Shown: piece after piece, positions 8,603 through 17,444 of the stretch | Numbering within the stretch: the stretch's first letter is position 1 | How the letters are laid out: each line of letters begins with the position of its first letter | IMG/VR virus record: IMGVR_UViG_3300001765_000045 | DNA length: 20,000 nucleotides | Source of the DNA: an uncultured virus (IMG/VR IMGVR_UViG_3300001765_000045) | Taxonomy: Duplodnaviria > Heunggongvirae > Uroviricota > Caudoviricetes | Strand: one strand, 5' to 3' | Program-made: the position numbers and the translations under genes | The notes under the pieces: model-generated | The model's input: only the letters and a program-made list of their open reading frames with translations | Told to the model about the DNA's origin: nothing | Database searches by the model: none

Positions 8603-9470
8603 TTACAGTTTAGAAATTATTAAAGATATTATAATTTTACCTATACCTTCTTATACCTATATAAGAAATCTTTTGTTCTAGGGTATTTAGAGATTGTTAT
8701 AAAGGTATATATAACAAATGGACTATTACCCAGAAAAAAATCGGTATCAGACGCTTGAACAGCTTATTGGTATTAGACGATCTAAAAAGTAACTTATCTA
8801 ATAAAGTAATAATATATAAATAATTTAAATGGTTTCTATTACTTTCTATAGGAAACTTTAAAATGGTAACTAAAGTTTCCTATAGAACATTTTAAATAAC
8901 TAATGGAAACTTAGATAACTAATTAATTAAATTAAAAATATTTATACCAGTATATATACCTATACATGTTATTTTTTACATATACTAACTTATAAGCATT
9001 TTTGTTCTAATATCTATAACTTTATAAAAATATCTAATTAATTTTAGTATATATATTCTGTATATACAGAATATATATACTCTAACTAATGTTCTTAAAA
9101 AACCATGTCGTCTGTATCGTTTGTTTTCTATAGCCTTCCTATAGAAACCATTTAAATTATTTTTTTAGAGTTTTCTTTTATAAGGTACATATGTAACCTA
9201 TGTAAAAAAATACCATATGTAACCTAGCTGGCTATAATAGTATATTCTATGTATATACTTCGTATATACTATAGAATATAGTATATACGATTTCCCCCCT
9301 TTCCCCCGTAGGTCCCTTTCCCCCCTTTCAAAGACGGTGAGTGTAACCCATTTAATATGTATTATGGGAAGAAAAAAATACGTAAACTATAAAAACGCAA
9401 TAGAATCTAGTATTTTCATATATACAGATTGTATATTATTATATAGTAATCTCAATGACTTGGTAACAAT
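8603..9470. other. Divergent strand-switch intergenic region with palindromes; candidate replication origin/control region
   Basis: 22-bp inverted repeat 8818-8839/9141-9162; 17-bp stem 8844-8887; 36-bp palindrome 9046-9081; direct repeat CATATGTAACCTA at 9188-9200 and 9214-9226; hairpin 9241-9280; C-tracts 9294-9325. Confidence 0.45.
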
Positions 9471-9486
9471 TATAGGAGTAGTTAAA

Positions 9487-9984
9487 ATGGGTGTTTTTAA
9501 TATAGTAGAAATGACTAAAGAACAAAATCAAATAGAACCTGATACTAAAATACCGGAAAAGATAATAGAGACAACTAAAGTAAATGAAACAGAGAATATC
9601 ATTAAAAATAAAGAAGATAAACTTATTACTTTAAATGGTAATCTAAGTCAAATCTATACTGACGCATTAAATCAAATGTATGCTATTGAAAATATGGGAA
9701 GTATGTTTAATATTATAAATAGTGTTTCTGATCAAAAAGAAACTTCTGATGATTTATATGTACATATAGTTGACAGTGATGATTTAGAAAATATAGACCC
9801 TATTAAAATAGTTAGAAATCTTAGATTAGCTTTAGATAAACGTACTGAAACTACTAAATTATTAGTTTTAGAAAGTAATAATTTAACAGCTAAAATCATA
9901 GGCGATTATTTTAACATAAGAGGTATTAAATCTATATATAACAGAGATAGCGCTTTACAGACTATTCGTAATTACTTAAGTTAA
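9487..9984 (+). CDS. Hypothetical protein (possible virion protein)
   Basis: ATG 9487 (MGVFNIVE) follows AGGAG, so it is preferred over the GTG at 9337; 165 aa. Confidence 0.7.
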   Translation: MGVFNIVEMTKEQNQIEPDTKIPEKIIETTKVNETENIIKNKEDKLITLNGNLSQIYTDALNQMYAIENMGSMFNIINSVSDQKETSDDLYVHIVDSDDLENIDPIKIVRNLRLALDKRTETTKLLVLESNNLTAKIIGDYFNIRGIKSIYNRDSALQTIRNYLS

Positions 9985-9998
9985 ACTGGAGTTTATAA

Positions 9999-11201
9999 AT
10001 GTATACTTTAGGCGGTGTGTTTGACAAATACTTTGAACATCTAAAGTTTAACAAAGAACTAGCTGCAAAAATATACCATTTTCAGTTAAAATATCTAAAT
10101 AGTGATAGAGAATATTTAGAATTCTACGGAAGTAATTTATTAGGTGTTCATAGATTAAGGTTTAAGGTAAGTGATTATAATACTTTTATGTATGATATAT
10201 TAGAAGTTGATATAGAAGCCTTAGACAAAGATTTAGATCACGTGCCTAGTGTAGTTAAGATAAATAAAGTTACCAGTGATTTATTTAATTTAAGTTGTGT
10301 ATACTTAATACATAGGTTTATGGGTAGTAATGAATTAAATGATAAAGATAAACAAAGAGTTTGTTATGATATAGCTAGTTTATTTATCATGAGATGTTTT
10401 GCTGCTTATATTAGTGCTTATTTTACATATCCTGCTGAAGAACGTATAGTTAAAATAGCTTATAGTAATTTAACTGGTAATAGCCTTATTAAGAAACTAG
10501 GTAACTGGTTTAAAGTAGTTGATTATAGAGCTAATGCCATGATAGATAAAAATGGTATACATTATAAAGCATTTAAAACACTTAATGAAGAAAAAGTAGC
10601 AATCATTATTAGTGATACTAAAGATAGAGTTAAAGATCATATTAAAAATTATTATAGTCAAATAGTTAAAGTTAAAAATAGTGGTGATATGCTTGGTACT
10701 ATAGGTAGTATGGCTATAGATGACGAAGGTGTTAATTCTTTAGTAGATAGAGTTAATAACATAGAAACTAAATCACTTAAGATAAAAAGTCTTATAGCTA
10801 GTGGTAACTTTAATAATACTGATTATATATATCTGGTATGCAGTATGAATAAAAATACAAATATTAAAAATATTGCTTCAGTGGTCAACTGGGTATCAGA
10901 TAATTATATGAAAAATAATGCTACTATCAATGAGTTTATAGATAAACTAACTGAATATACATATTATTTAATTAATAACAAAATAAGAGCTAGTGCTAGA
11001 AAAGATGTAAGTAAGCTACTAATAGAACTTAAATATTTATATGTTAGTAATAGAGTTGAAGATGATTTGATGGAAGAAGTAAGAGAATTAGCTGAGAATA
11101 TAGTTAAATTAAGTAGTAATAAATCTATGTATAAAGGTCTATTACTTTCTACAAGAACTACATTTATACTATATATAGCATTACTTATGATTATTAATTA
11201 A
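9999..11201 (+). CDS. Conserved phiKZ-like protein, putative virion structural protein
   Basis: 400-aa ORF with GGAG RBS. The FYGSNLLGVHRLRF motif resembles a conserved structural protein of phiKZ-like phages (from memory, unverified). Confidence 0.6.
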   Translation: MYTLGGVFDKYFEHLKFNKELAAKIYHFQLKYLNSDREYLEFYGSNLLGVHRLRFKVSDYNTFMYDILEVDIEALDKDLDHVPSVVKINKVTSDLFNLSCVYLIHRFMGSNELNDKDKQRVCYDIASLFIMRCFAAYISAYFTYPAEERIVKIAYSNLTGNSLIKKLGNWFKVVDYRANAMIDKNGIHYKAFKTLNEEKVAIIISDTKDRVKDHIKNYYSQIVKVKNSGDMLGTIGSMAIDDEGVNSLVDRVNNIETKSLKIKSLIASGNFNNTDYIYLVCSMNKNTNIKNIASVVNWVSDNYMKNNATINEFIDKLTEYTYYLINNKIRASARKDVSKLLIELKYLYVSNRVEDDLMEEVRELAENIVKLSSNKSMYKGLLLSTRTTFILYIALLMIIN

Positions 11202-11214
11202 AAACAATATGTAC

Positions 11215-11257
11215 CTGTACTAACCAGAACAATTTCTGGTTAGTACAGATATTTTTT
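11215..11257 (+). terminator. Intrinsic terminator
   Basis: 15-bp stem CTGTACTAACCAGAA(11215-11229)/TTCTGGTTAGTACAG(11234-11248) followed by ATATTTTTT. Confidence 0.8.
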
Positions 11258-11344
11258 GTTTGAATTAGTTGGTGCATTACTCTATTTTTTGAAAACTAGA
11301 TACTCTAGCGCTAAAGTAAACTATACGCACATGAGGAGAAACAA

Positions 11345-11722
11345 ATGCAGCGTTTTTTATTAAATATTATAATAACAATAATAGGTGTTAAGATATTTAG
11401 ATTCAATGGGAATAGAGATGATATTAGGATTATTAGAAACCATAAAGTAATGACAGTTAATAACCATGCTATTGTTTTTAACTTTTATGAGAAATTACAA
11501 TCTAATATTGTAGTGAGATTTTGTAGATTACAAAAATCCGTTTATAAATTTTATATAGTAGAAGCTACATTTTCAGACGCTTTTCCAGAAGATTTAAAGT
11601 TCTATAACAATAAGAAATATTATATAGATTTCAAAATGCATAACTGGTTTAATGATGAAGCTGTCTTAGATGTATTATTAGAAAAATTTATAAAATATTT
11701 AACTTTAACTAAAGTAGATTAG
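11345..11722 (+). CDS. Hypothetical protein with hydrophobic N-terminus
   Basis: 125 aa; GAGGAG RBS; FLLNIIITIIGV stretch. Confidence 0.65.
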   Translation: MQRFLLNIIITIIGVKIFRFNGNRDDIRIIRNHKVMTVNNHAIVFNFYEKLQSNIVVRFCRLQKSVYKFYIVEATFSDAFPEDLKFYNNKKYYIDFKMHNWFNDEAVLDVLLEKFIKYLTLTKVD

Positions 11723-11744
11723 TAAACCAATATTTTAAACATAG

Positions 11745-11775
11745 AGGAATGAACATGGGTTATAGCAATTGGAGT
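11745..11775 (+). repeat. 31-bp invariant cassette leader, copy B
   Basis: Identical to copies A and C; preceded by ATTTTAAACA, as is copy C. Confidence 0.95.
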
Positions 11776-12930
11776 ACAGGAAATTCTTTTACTACTAAAA
11801 CCACATATGGTATCAGTGGTTTAGAACAAGCGGTATTTCACGGTGAAAGTAACTATCAATTCCACGGTTGTTCAGTATCTATTAATGGAATAGGTGATAC
11901 TGTAGCTATAGGAGCATATGGTTGGGCAGCGAATTCAGGATATGTTAAAGTATATAAACTTATATCTGGTACATGGGGACAAATAGGTAATGGATTATAT
12001 GGTCAAACATGGGCTGGAACTAAATTTGGTTGGGCTGTATCAATTAATTCTACTGGTGATGTTATAGCTATAGGCGAGAAAAATATTGGTAGTGATACAG
12101 GGCGTGTTAATGTCTTTAAATACATATCAAATGCATGGATACGAGTAGGTGAAGCATATCAGATGCAAGGTGAAGCATATAGTGATTATTTTGGTTGCTC
12201 AGTATCTATAAATAATGCAGGCGATATTGTAGTTGTAGGAGCATCAAATGCTAATAGCTCTACAGGATATGTTAAAATCTATAAACTTGTATCTGATGTA
12301 TGGACTTTACAAGGCGCTAAATTAACAGGTGAAGCAAATGGTGGTGAATTTGGTTGCTCAGTATCCATTAATGGTCTTGGTGATATTATAGCTATAGGAG
12401 CATATAGAGCTAATAATGCTAAAGGATATGTTGAAATATATAAAAATATATCTGGCACATGGACTCTACAGGGTACTAGACTATCAGGTGAAGCAGTTAA
12501 TGATTATTTTGGTATAGCAGTATCTATTAATGATTTAGGTGATATTGTAGTTATAGGAGCATTTTATGCTAATAGTTATACAGGATATGTTAAGGTCTAT
12601 AAATTTATATCTGGCACATGGACTCAACAGGGTACTAGAATAGACGGTAATGCTGAGAATGCTTACTTTGGTCGATCTGTATCTATTAATGACGCAGGTG
12701 ATATTATAGCTATAGGAGCACCTAATTCTTATGATTATAGAGGATCTGTTAAAATCTATAAATTTGCATCTGATTCATGGGTTCAACAGGGTATTACAAT
12801 TATAGGTGCCCAATATGTAGGTAGTATAGATTTAGGCAATTCTGTTTCTTTAAATAGTGCAGGTGATACTATAGCTATAGGAGCACAGCAAAATAATGTT
12901 GCAACTGGATATGTTAAAATTTATAAGTAA
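11749..12930 (+). CDS. FG-GAP seven-bladed beta-propeller protein (copy 3, MNMGYSNWS leader)
   Basis: Seven FG-GAP repeats after MNMGYSNWSTGNSFTTK; ends YVKIYK*. Confidence 0.85.
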   Translation: MNMGYSNWSTGNSFTTKTTYGISGLEQAVFHGESNYQFHGCSVSINGIGDTVAIGAYGWAANSGYVKVYKLISGTWGQIGNGLYGQTWAGTKFGWAVSINSTGDVIAIGEKNIGSDTGRVNVFKYISNAWIRVGEAYQMQGEAYSDYFGCSVSINNAGDIVVVGASNANSSTGYVKIYKLVSDVWTLQGAKLTGEANGGEFGCSVSINGLGDIIAIGAYRANNAKGYVEIYKNISGTWTLQGTRLSGEAVNDYFGIAVSINDLGDIVVIGAFYANSYTGYVKVYKFISGTWTQQGTRIDGNAENAYFGRSVSINDAGDIIAIGAPNSYDYRGSVKIYKFASDSWVQQGITIIGAQYVGSIDLGNSVSLNSAGDTIAIGAQQNNVATGYVKIYK

Positions 12931-12952
12931 CTTTTAATTATAATATTTTCAA

Positions 12953-13004
12953 ATATACTATTGTAGGCCGTTATCTGGTCTACAATAGTATATAGTTCTT
13001 TTTT
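12953..13004 (+). terminator. Intrinsic terminator after FG-GAP copy 3
   Basis: ATATACTATTGTAGGCC(12953-12969)/GGTCTACAATAGTATAT(12977-12993), one G-U pair on the plus strand, then TTCTTTTTT. Confidence 0.75.
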
Positions 13005-13060
13005 CCAGAAATGTAGTGTAGGGATATTTAAACTTAAAAACAAAAATACATAGGAATCGT

Positions 13061-13618
13061 ATGTCTTTATACAAAATGAATATTATTAAAATAGTGGCAT
13101 TAGATCCAGGTTTAAATAACACAGGAGTATCTAGTATATTATTTGATTATAATTCTAGATCTATAGTAGGTATAGCAGCATATACTATTAAAACAGAAGA
13201 TCTTATAAAAAAACATTATATGACTAATTATTTAGATGATAGGACTATTAAACAATTAATGTTGAAAGAAAAATTTATAGAAACTGTAGAATTCTTTAAG
13301 CCTGATGTAGTTATTTCTGAAGCACCTTTTTTTTACTCTAGTAAACCAGTAGCCTTTAAAGCTTTAGTAGAAGTTATTAATCTATTTAAAATGGTTTTAG
13401 CTGAATCATATCCACAAACACCATTTGTACAATTAGAACCTCTAATGGTTAAAAAACATGTTAAATCTTTAAATATACATGATAAAGATAGTACTAAAGA
13501 AGCATTGGAAGTATTGGGTCTAAGTAAATATTTACTATTAAATACATTGGATGAACATGCTGTAGATGCTATATCTATAGGTTACGCTTTTTTAAAAAGT
13601 AGAGATTTATTGCTTTAA
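13061..13618 (+). CDS. ruvC: RuvC-like Holliday junction resolvase
   Basis: RNase H-fold catalytic motifs IVALDPGLNNTG, VISEAPF, PLMVKK and EHAVDAISIG. Confidence 0.85.
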   Translation: MSLYKMNIIKIVALDPGLNNTGVSSILFDYNSRSIVGIAAYTIKTEDLIKKHYMTNYLDDRTIKQLMLKEKFIETVEFFKPDVVISEAPFFYSSKPVAFKALVEVINLFKMVLAESYPQTPFVQLEPLMVKKHVKSLNIHDKDSTKEALEVLGLSKYLLLNTLDEHAVDAISIGYAFLKSRDLLL

Positions 13619-13684
13619 TATAACTTTTGTTATAACCTCTAGAAATATCTAGAGACCAAAACCCGTGTTAAAAAGGTACACATC

Positions 13685-14203
13685 ATGTCAGCATTATTAT
13701 ATTTTAAAGCAATTGACTTTTTTCGTAAATATGTAATATATATTATAGTAGCTTTATTAATTATAGCTAGTTTATTTATCATACCAAATATTTCTGCTAT
13801 ATCTGAAAAATTTGGTATTGAGACAAGGGCTTCATTAAAAGCTAAAGTAGCGGAACAAAATAAAACTATTGAATTAGCTATAGATGTAAATAAACAAAAT
13901 ACTGATACAATAGTTAGAGAAAAAGTGTCTAGTGATATAGTTGAAAAAGTTTTAGTAAATAAAAATAAAAAGGAAATAGTGTTATCAAAAATTATTACAG
14001 ATATAAAGAAAAAAAGAAAACATACTATAGATAAATTAGTAAAATCTGAGCGGGTTGATAATATAGTTAAAGTTTCTCCAACCGGAGAAAATGTTGTAAA
14101 TTATACAGATGAACAAGTCATAAAAATAGCTGAAACCAATATAGATGCAATATGGACAGCATATGAAACTGTCCAAAACCAAGGAGTAATAAAAAATGAT
14201 TAA
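13685..14203 (+). CDS. Inner-membrane spanin (Rz-like)
   Basis: N-terminal TM helix (YVIYIIVALLIIASLFII) then a coiled-coil-like region; its 3' end overlaps a lipoprotein gene. Confidence 0.7.
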   Translation: MSALLYFKAIDFFRKYVIYIIVALLIIASLFIIPNISAISEKFGIETRASLKAKVAEQNKTIELAIDVNKQNTDTIVREKVSSDIVEKVLVNKNKKEIVLSKIITDIKKKRKHTIDKLVKSERVDNIVKVSPTGENVVNYTDEQVIKIAETNIDAIWTAYETVQNQGVIKND

Positions 14204-14537
14204 CAAAAGATTTCTTATACTAGCTTTATTTTCCTCATTTGTTATAACTGGATGTTCTACAATACCAGAACCACAGGTTATAATTAAACATAAAACTACT
14301 TATAAATCAATACCCACTGATTTATTAGAACCTTGTTTTATTCCTAAACCTATGGAAAAAAAAGAATATTTAAAACTAAATTCTGTAGAAAGAGAAATTG
14401 CTCTTACTGACTATAGTATAGATCTTATAGTATATTTAGGTTTTTGTAATATCAAAATAAACTCTATCAAGGAATTTAATGTTAAACATATTAAGTTGTA
14501 CAGTGAACCTGTAGACAAGTTAATTATTGCTCCTTAA
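14196..14537 (+). CDS. Outer-membrane lipoprotein spanin (Rz1-like)
   Basis: Signal peptide with lipobox VITG-C, Pro-rich IPTDLLEPCFIPKP, second Cys in GFCN; 8-nt overlap with the i-spanin. Confidence 0.8.
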   Translation: MINKRFLILALFSSFVITGCSTIPEPQVIIKHKTTYKSIPTDLLEPCFIPKPMEKKEYLKLNSVEREIALTDYSIDLIVYLGFCNIKINSIKEFNVKHIKLYSEPVDKLIIAP

Positions 14538-14552
14538 AAATAAAAGGATTTT

Positions 14553-15440
14553 TTGATGGATACGGAAACTATAGATTTTGAATTATCTGAATATATAAAT
14601 AATAATTTCATTGAAGATAAAGCTATTCTGATTCATGACGCATTAAATCTCGTATATCTATTTAAAGAAGTAGATAGTGAACATGAATATGTTGATCTAT
14701 TAAATAGATATAGTAACACGGATAATAGCAATATACAAGATGAATTAATTATTAAACTCAATGATCAACTAGATATACTTATAGAAGCACATAAACTGTT
14801 TATAATACCAACTCATGACTTAAGAGTAAAGGTTCAGCTATTAAATGCTTTACAGCTTCTGATGCATCTAGAAGACTATAGTTATGTATTAATAGTACTA
14901 GAGACTGAATTAAGTGATATTGAAAAAATATCTAGAATAATTTCTGAATACTGTTTACTAAATGAACAAGATGTATTAGAACTAGTAACTACAGTAGATC
15001 CTATATTCATTAAACTATTGCAACAATATGCTTTATCTAAAGAAGGTGTAGTTATTTTAGAGCTAGATGAATCTAACCATATTGTTATAGAAAATTTAAA
15101 GTTATTAAAAAAAATATATAAAAAAGATGATTTAATAGGTATACAGTTACTTAAATCTAATATTAAACCCAATTTAGAAATAGGTTTATATCTAACCTTA
15201 TTAAACGATCAGTATGATTTCAATAATAAGAGTGATATAGAAGAATTGTCTTTAAATATATTCTCACTGTTACTATTGACTAGATCAAATCTAAACGGCA
15301 TTTTACATCTTTATAAAAAGAATAGCCATCTGCTACTTAATAATTCTAATACTATTTCTTTAGTAGAAGTTGGTGTCATGCAGTGTCTAAGTGAATTCTT
15401 AGATTATAAGAAAATGTTAATTGGGATAAAAAATGACTAA
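14553..15440 (+). CDS. Hypothetical protein coupled to the RNAP subunit (possible virion protein)
   Basis: 295-aa helical ORF with AAAGGA RBS and an 8-nt overlap with the next gene. Confidence 0.7.
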   Translation: MMDTETIDFELSEYINNNFIEDKAILIHDALNLVYLFKEVDSEHEYVDLLNRYSNTDNSNIQDELIIKLNDQLDILIEAHKLFIIPTHDLRVKVQLLNALQLLMHLEDYSYVLIVLETELSDIEKISRIISEYCLLNEQDVLELVTTVDPIFIKLLQQYALSKEGVVILELDESNHIVIENLKLLKKIYKKDDLIGIQLLKSNIKPNLEIGLYLTLLNDQYDFNNKSDIEELSLNIFSLLLLTRSNLNGILHLYKKNSHLLLNNSNTISLVEVGVMQCLSEFLDYKKMLIGIKND

Positions 15441-16728
15441 GTTAGAATATCTTAAACTATGTATACAGAATAAACAATATAATAAACTTAATTGGTTAAC
15501 ATCTATTTTTAGTATCATAAGCAGCATACCTAAGATACAACTCATTTATAATGATTTGTCTTATGAAGCTAATGGTTATAACTATATAGACCCAACTGGT
15601 TCCTTAGTACCTATATCTGATGCCATAGACAGACCTTTATTTAAAGTTAGTGATGAAATAACTATTGATAGTACATGGTTACCTTTTGTAACTGAACCTA
15701 TAGTAACCACAGTAGGTAGATTAATTACTAACGCTGTTTGTATATACGGTATTTTTAATAATAATTTACCTTATATAAATAATAAGTTTACTGTTACAAC
15801 AGTAGAAAAAATGATAGCTCCTTTAATGTTATCTGATCCTGATGATCTATCTACTAAAGATAAAGAAAAAATATATGTGTCTGATTATATAAGTTTCCTT
15901 AGTAGTATATATTATATAACCAACCTTTCTTCTATCATAGTTACATCAGCAACACCTAAGGTTATGACAAAACCTGAAGGTCTAGATAAATTTATGAATG
16001 AATTAATTATTAAGTATAAAGGTAAATTACATGATAGAGTTGAACTAATCAACTTTGAAAATGAACTTAGGAAGTTTGATGACGATTATCTAAAAGATGA
16101 AGCTAGTTATGGTTTATTTATATCAGGTAAGATAAAAGATACGGCTAGACATAAACTTTTCTTAACTATAGGATCTGGTTTAGATTTTACTGAAAAAACT
16201 AAATTAGAACCTATACTAACATCATTAGCACAAGGTTGGTCATTAGATCCTAACCAATTTAAAAATATGATGAATGATATTCGTTATGGATCATTCTCTC
16301 GTGGAGCTGAAACAGTTAAAGGCGGCGTTACTTTTAAAACACTTATACGATCTACTAACACTGTAACTATACTTGATGATGATTGTGGTACTACTTTAAC
16401 ATTACCAAGAGTTTTTGCTACTGGTGAAACAGATATGTTAGTAGATAGATATATAATTGTAGATAATAAACCTTTGCTTATAACAGATGTAAATATTGCT
16501 AAACAATATGCAGATAAATTAGTTCAATTACGTTCGCCTGTTTATTGTAAACTAGATAAAGATAATTTTTGTTCTATCTGCACAGGTAAAAAAATCTCAA
16601 ATAACAGAGATAGTTTGGCTATATTATTAACTGAAATATCATCTATCATTATTACAAGTGCATTAAAAATAATGCATGGCGCTGTACAAAGTACAGCTAA
16701 GATAGATCTTAATAAACATTTTAATTAG
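15433..16728 (+). CDS. rpoC: Split multisubunit RNA polymerase beta-prime C-terminal subunit (phiKZ gp80-like, probably virion RNAP)
   Basis: TTVGR, bridge-helix-like SFSRGAETVKGG, DDCGT, Zn-site RSPVYC..FCSICTG and trigger-loop-like ALKIMHG. No DFDGD, as expected for the C-terminal half. Confidence 0.85.
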   Translation: MTKLEYLKLCIQNKQYNKLNWLTSIFSIISSIPKIQLIYNDLSYEANGYNYIDPTGSLVPISDAIDRPLFKVSDEITIDSTWLPFVTEPIVTTVGRLITNAVCIYGIFNNNLPYINNKFTVTTVEKMIAPLMLSDPDDLSTKDKEKIYVSDYISFLSSIYYITNLSSIIVTSATPKVMTKPEGLDKFMNELIIKYKGKLHDRVELINFENELRKFDDDYLKDEASYGLFISGKIKDTARHKLFLTIGSGLDFTEKTKLEPILTSLAQGWSLDPNQFKNMMNDIRYGSFSRGAETVKGGVTFKTLIRSTNTVTILDDDCGTTLTLPRVFATGETDMLVDRYIIVDNKPLLITDVNIAKQYADKLVQLRSPVYCKLDKDNFCSICTGKKISNNRDSLAILLTEISSIIITSALKIMHGAVQSTAKIDLNKHFN

Positions 16729-16736
16729 GAATTCTT

Positions 16737-17426
16737 ATGGTTGAACTTGACGACTATTTTTCAGATGACCCAGAGATATTAAGTTCAACTAAATCATCTG
16801 ATGATAAACCTTATAAACAAAAGTATGGTCAAGGACAGAAAAAACCTTTCTATGAAAAGAAAGAAGTAGATTTAGAAACATTTACTTTATACAAACCTTA
16901 TACTATAGTAGGTAATTCAGGTGCTCCTCAATCTGTCTTAGATCAAACTAAAGAAATTATAGATATGTTAATAGATAATGGGTTTACTGCTAGAGTGACA
17001 TGTTCTTCTGATATGGACACTTATATAGAACAAGAATTACAAGGTTCGTTCTATGAACTTTATATACCTTGGAAAGACTTCAATAATAAACAGTCTAAAT
17101 TTTATTTTAATGATGCTTTATCTAAACATGTGGCTAAGATGTTCCATAGGACATTTGATTCCCTTAAACCAGCTGTACAAGCATTCTTAGCTAGGAATGT
17201 TAGAATGGTTTTAGGTGAAAAACTAAAAAGTTATAGTCTTTTTGTTTTAGTATGGTCAGAAGATGGTGTTGAACAAATCAACGACATAAGTTTTAAAACT
17301 GGTATGGTTTCACATGTTATTTCTGTAGCTAGAGCATTACATATTCCTGTTTTTAACTTACAACATACTAGTACTAAAGATAGATTAATTAAATATCTGC
17401 GTCTTAAACAACCAGTTAAGCAGTAA
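16737..17426 (+). CDS. SLOG/DprA-like protein (degenerate)
   Basis: YTIVGNS, ELYIPWKDFN, ARNVRMVLG..FVLVWSEDG and IPVFNL parallel the N-domain of 1819-3162. Confidence 0.7.
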   Translation: MVELDDYFSDDPEILSSTKSSDDKPYKQKYGQGQKKPFYEKKEVDLETFTLYKPYTIVGNSGAPQSVLDQTKEIIDMLIDNGFTARVTCSSDMDTYIEQELQGSFYELYIPWKDFNNKQSKFYFNDALSKHVAKMFHRTFDSLKPAVQAFLARNVRMVLGEKLKSYSLFVLVWSEDGVEQINDISFKTGMVSHVISVARALHIPVFNLQHTSTKDRLIKYLRLKQPVKQ

Positions 17427-17444
17427 AAAATAAGGGAATAGTAG

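Noticed and set aside
9337..9486. Upstream extension of the 9337-9984 ORF
   Set aside because: A clear RBS precedes ATG 9487; the extension lies in the intergenic region.
13061..13618. RuvC as TnpB/Cas12 or a transposase
   Set aside because: Only 185 aa, no Zn finger or element ends; fits a stand-alone resolvase.
5660..16728. Cellular ftsZ/rpoC origin of the window
   Set aside because: The beta-prime is a short split fragment without DFDGD, the tubulin is PhuZ-like, and spanins are present.
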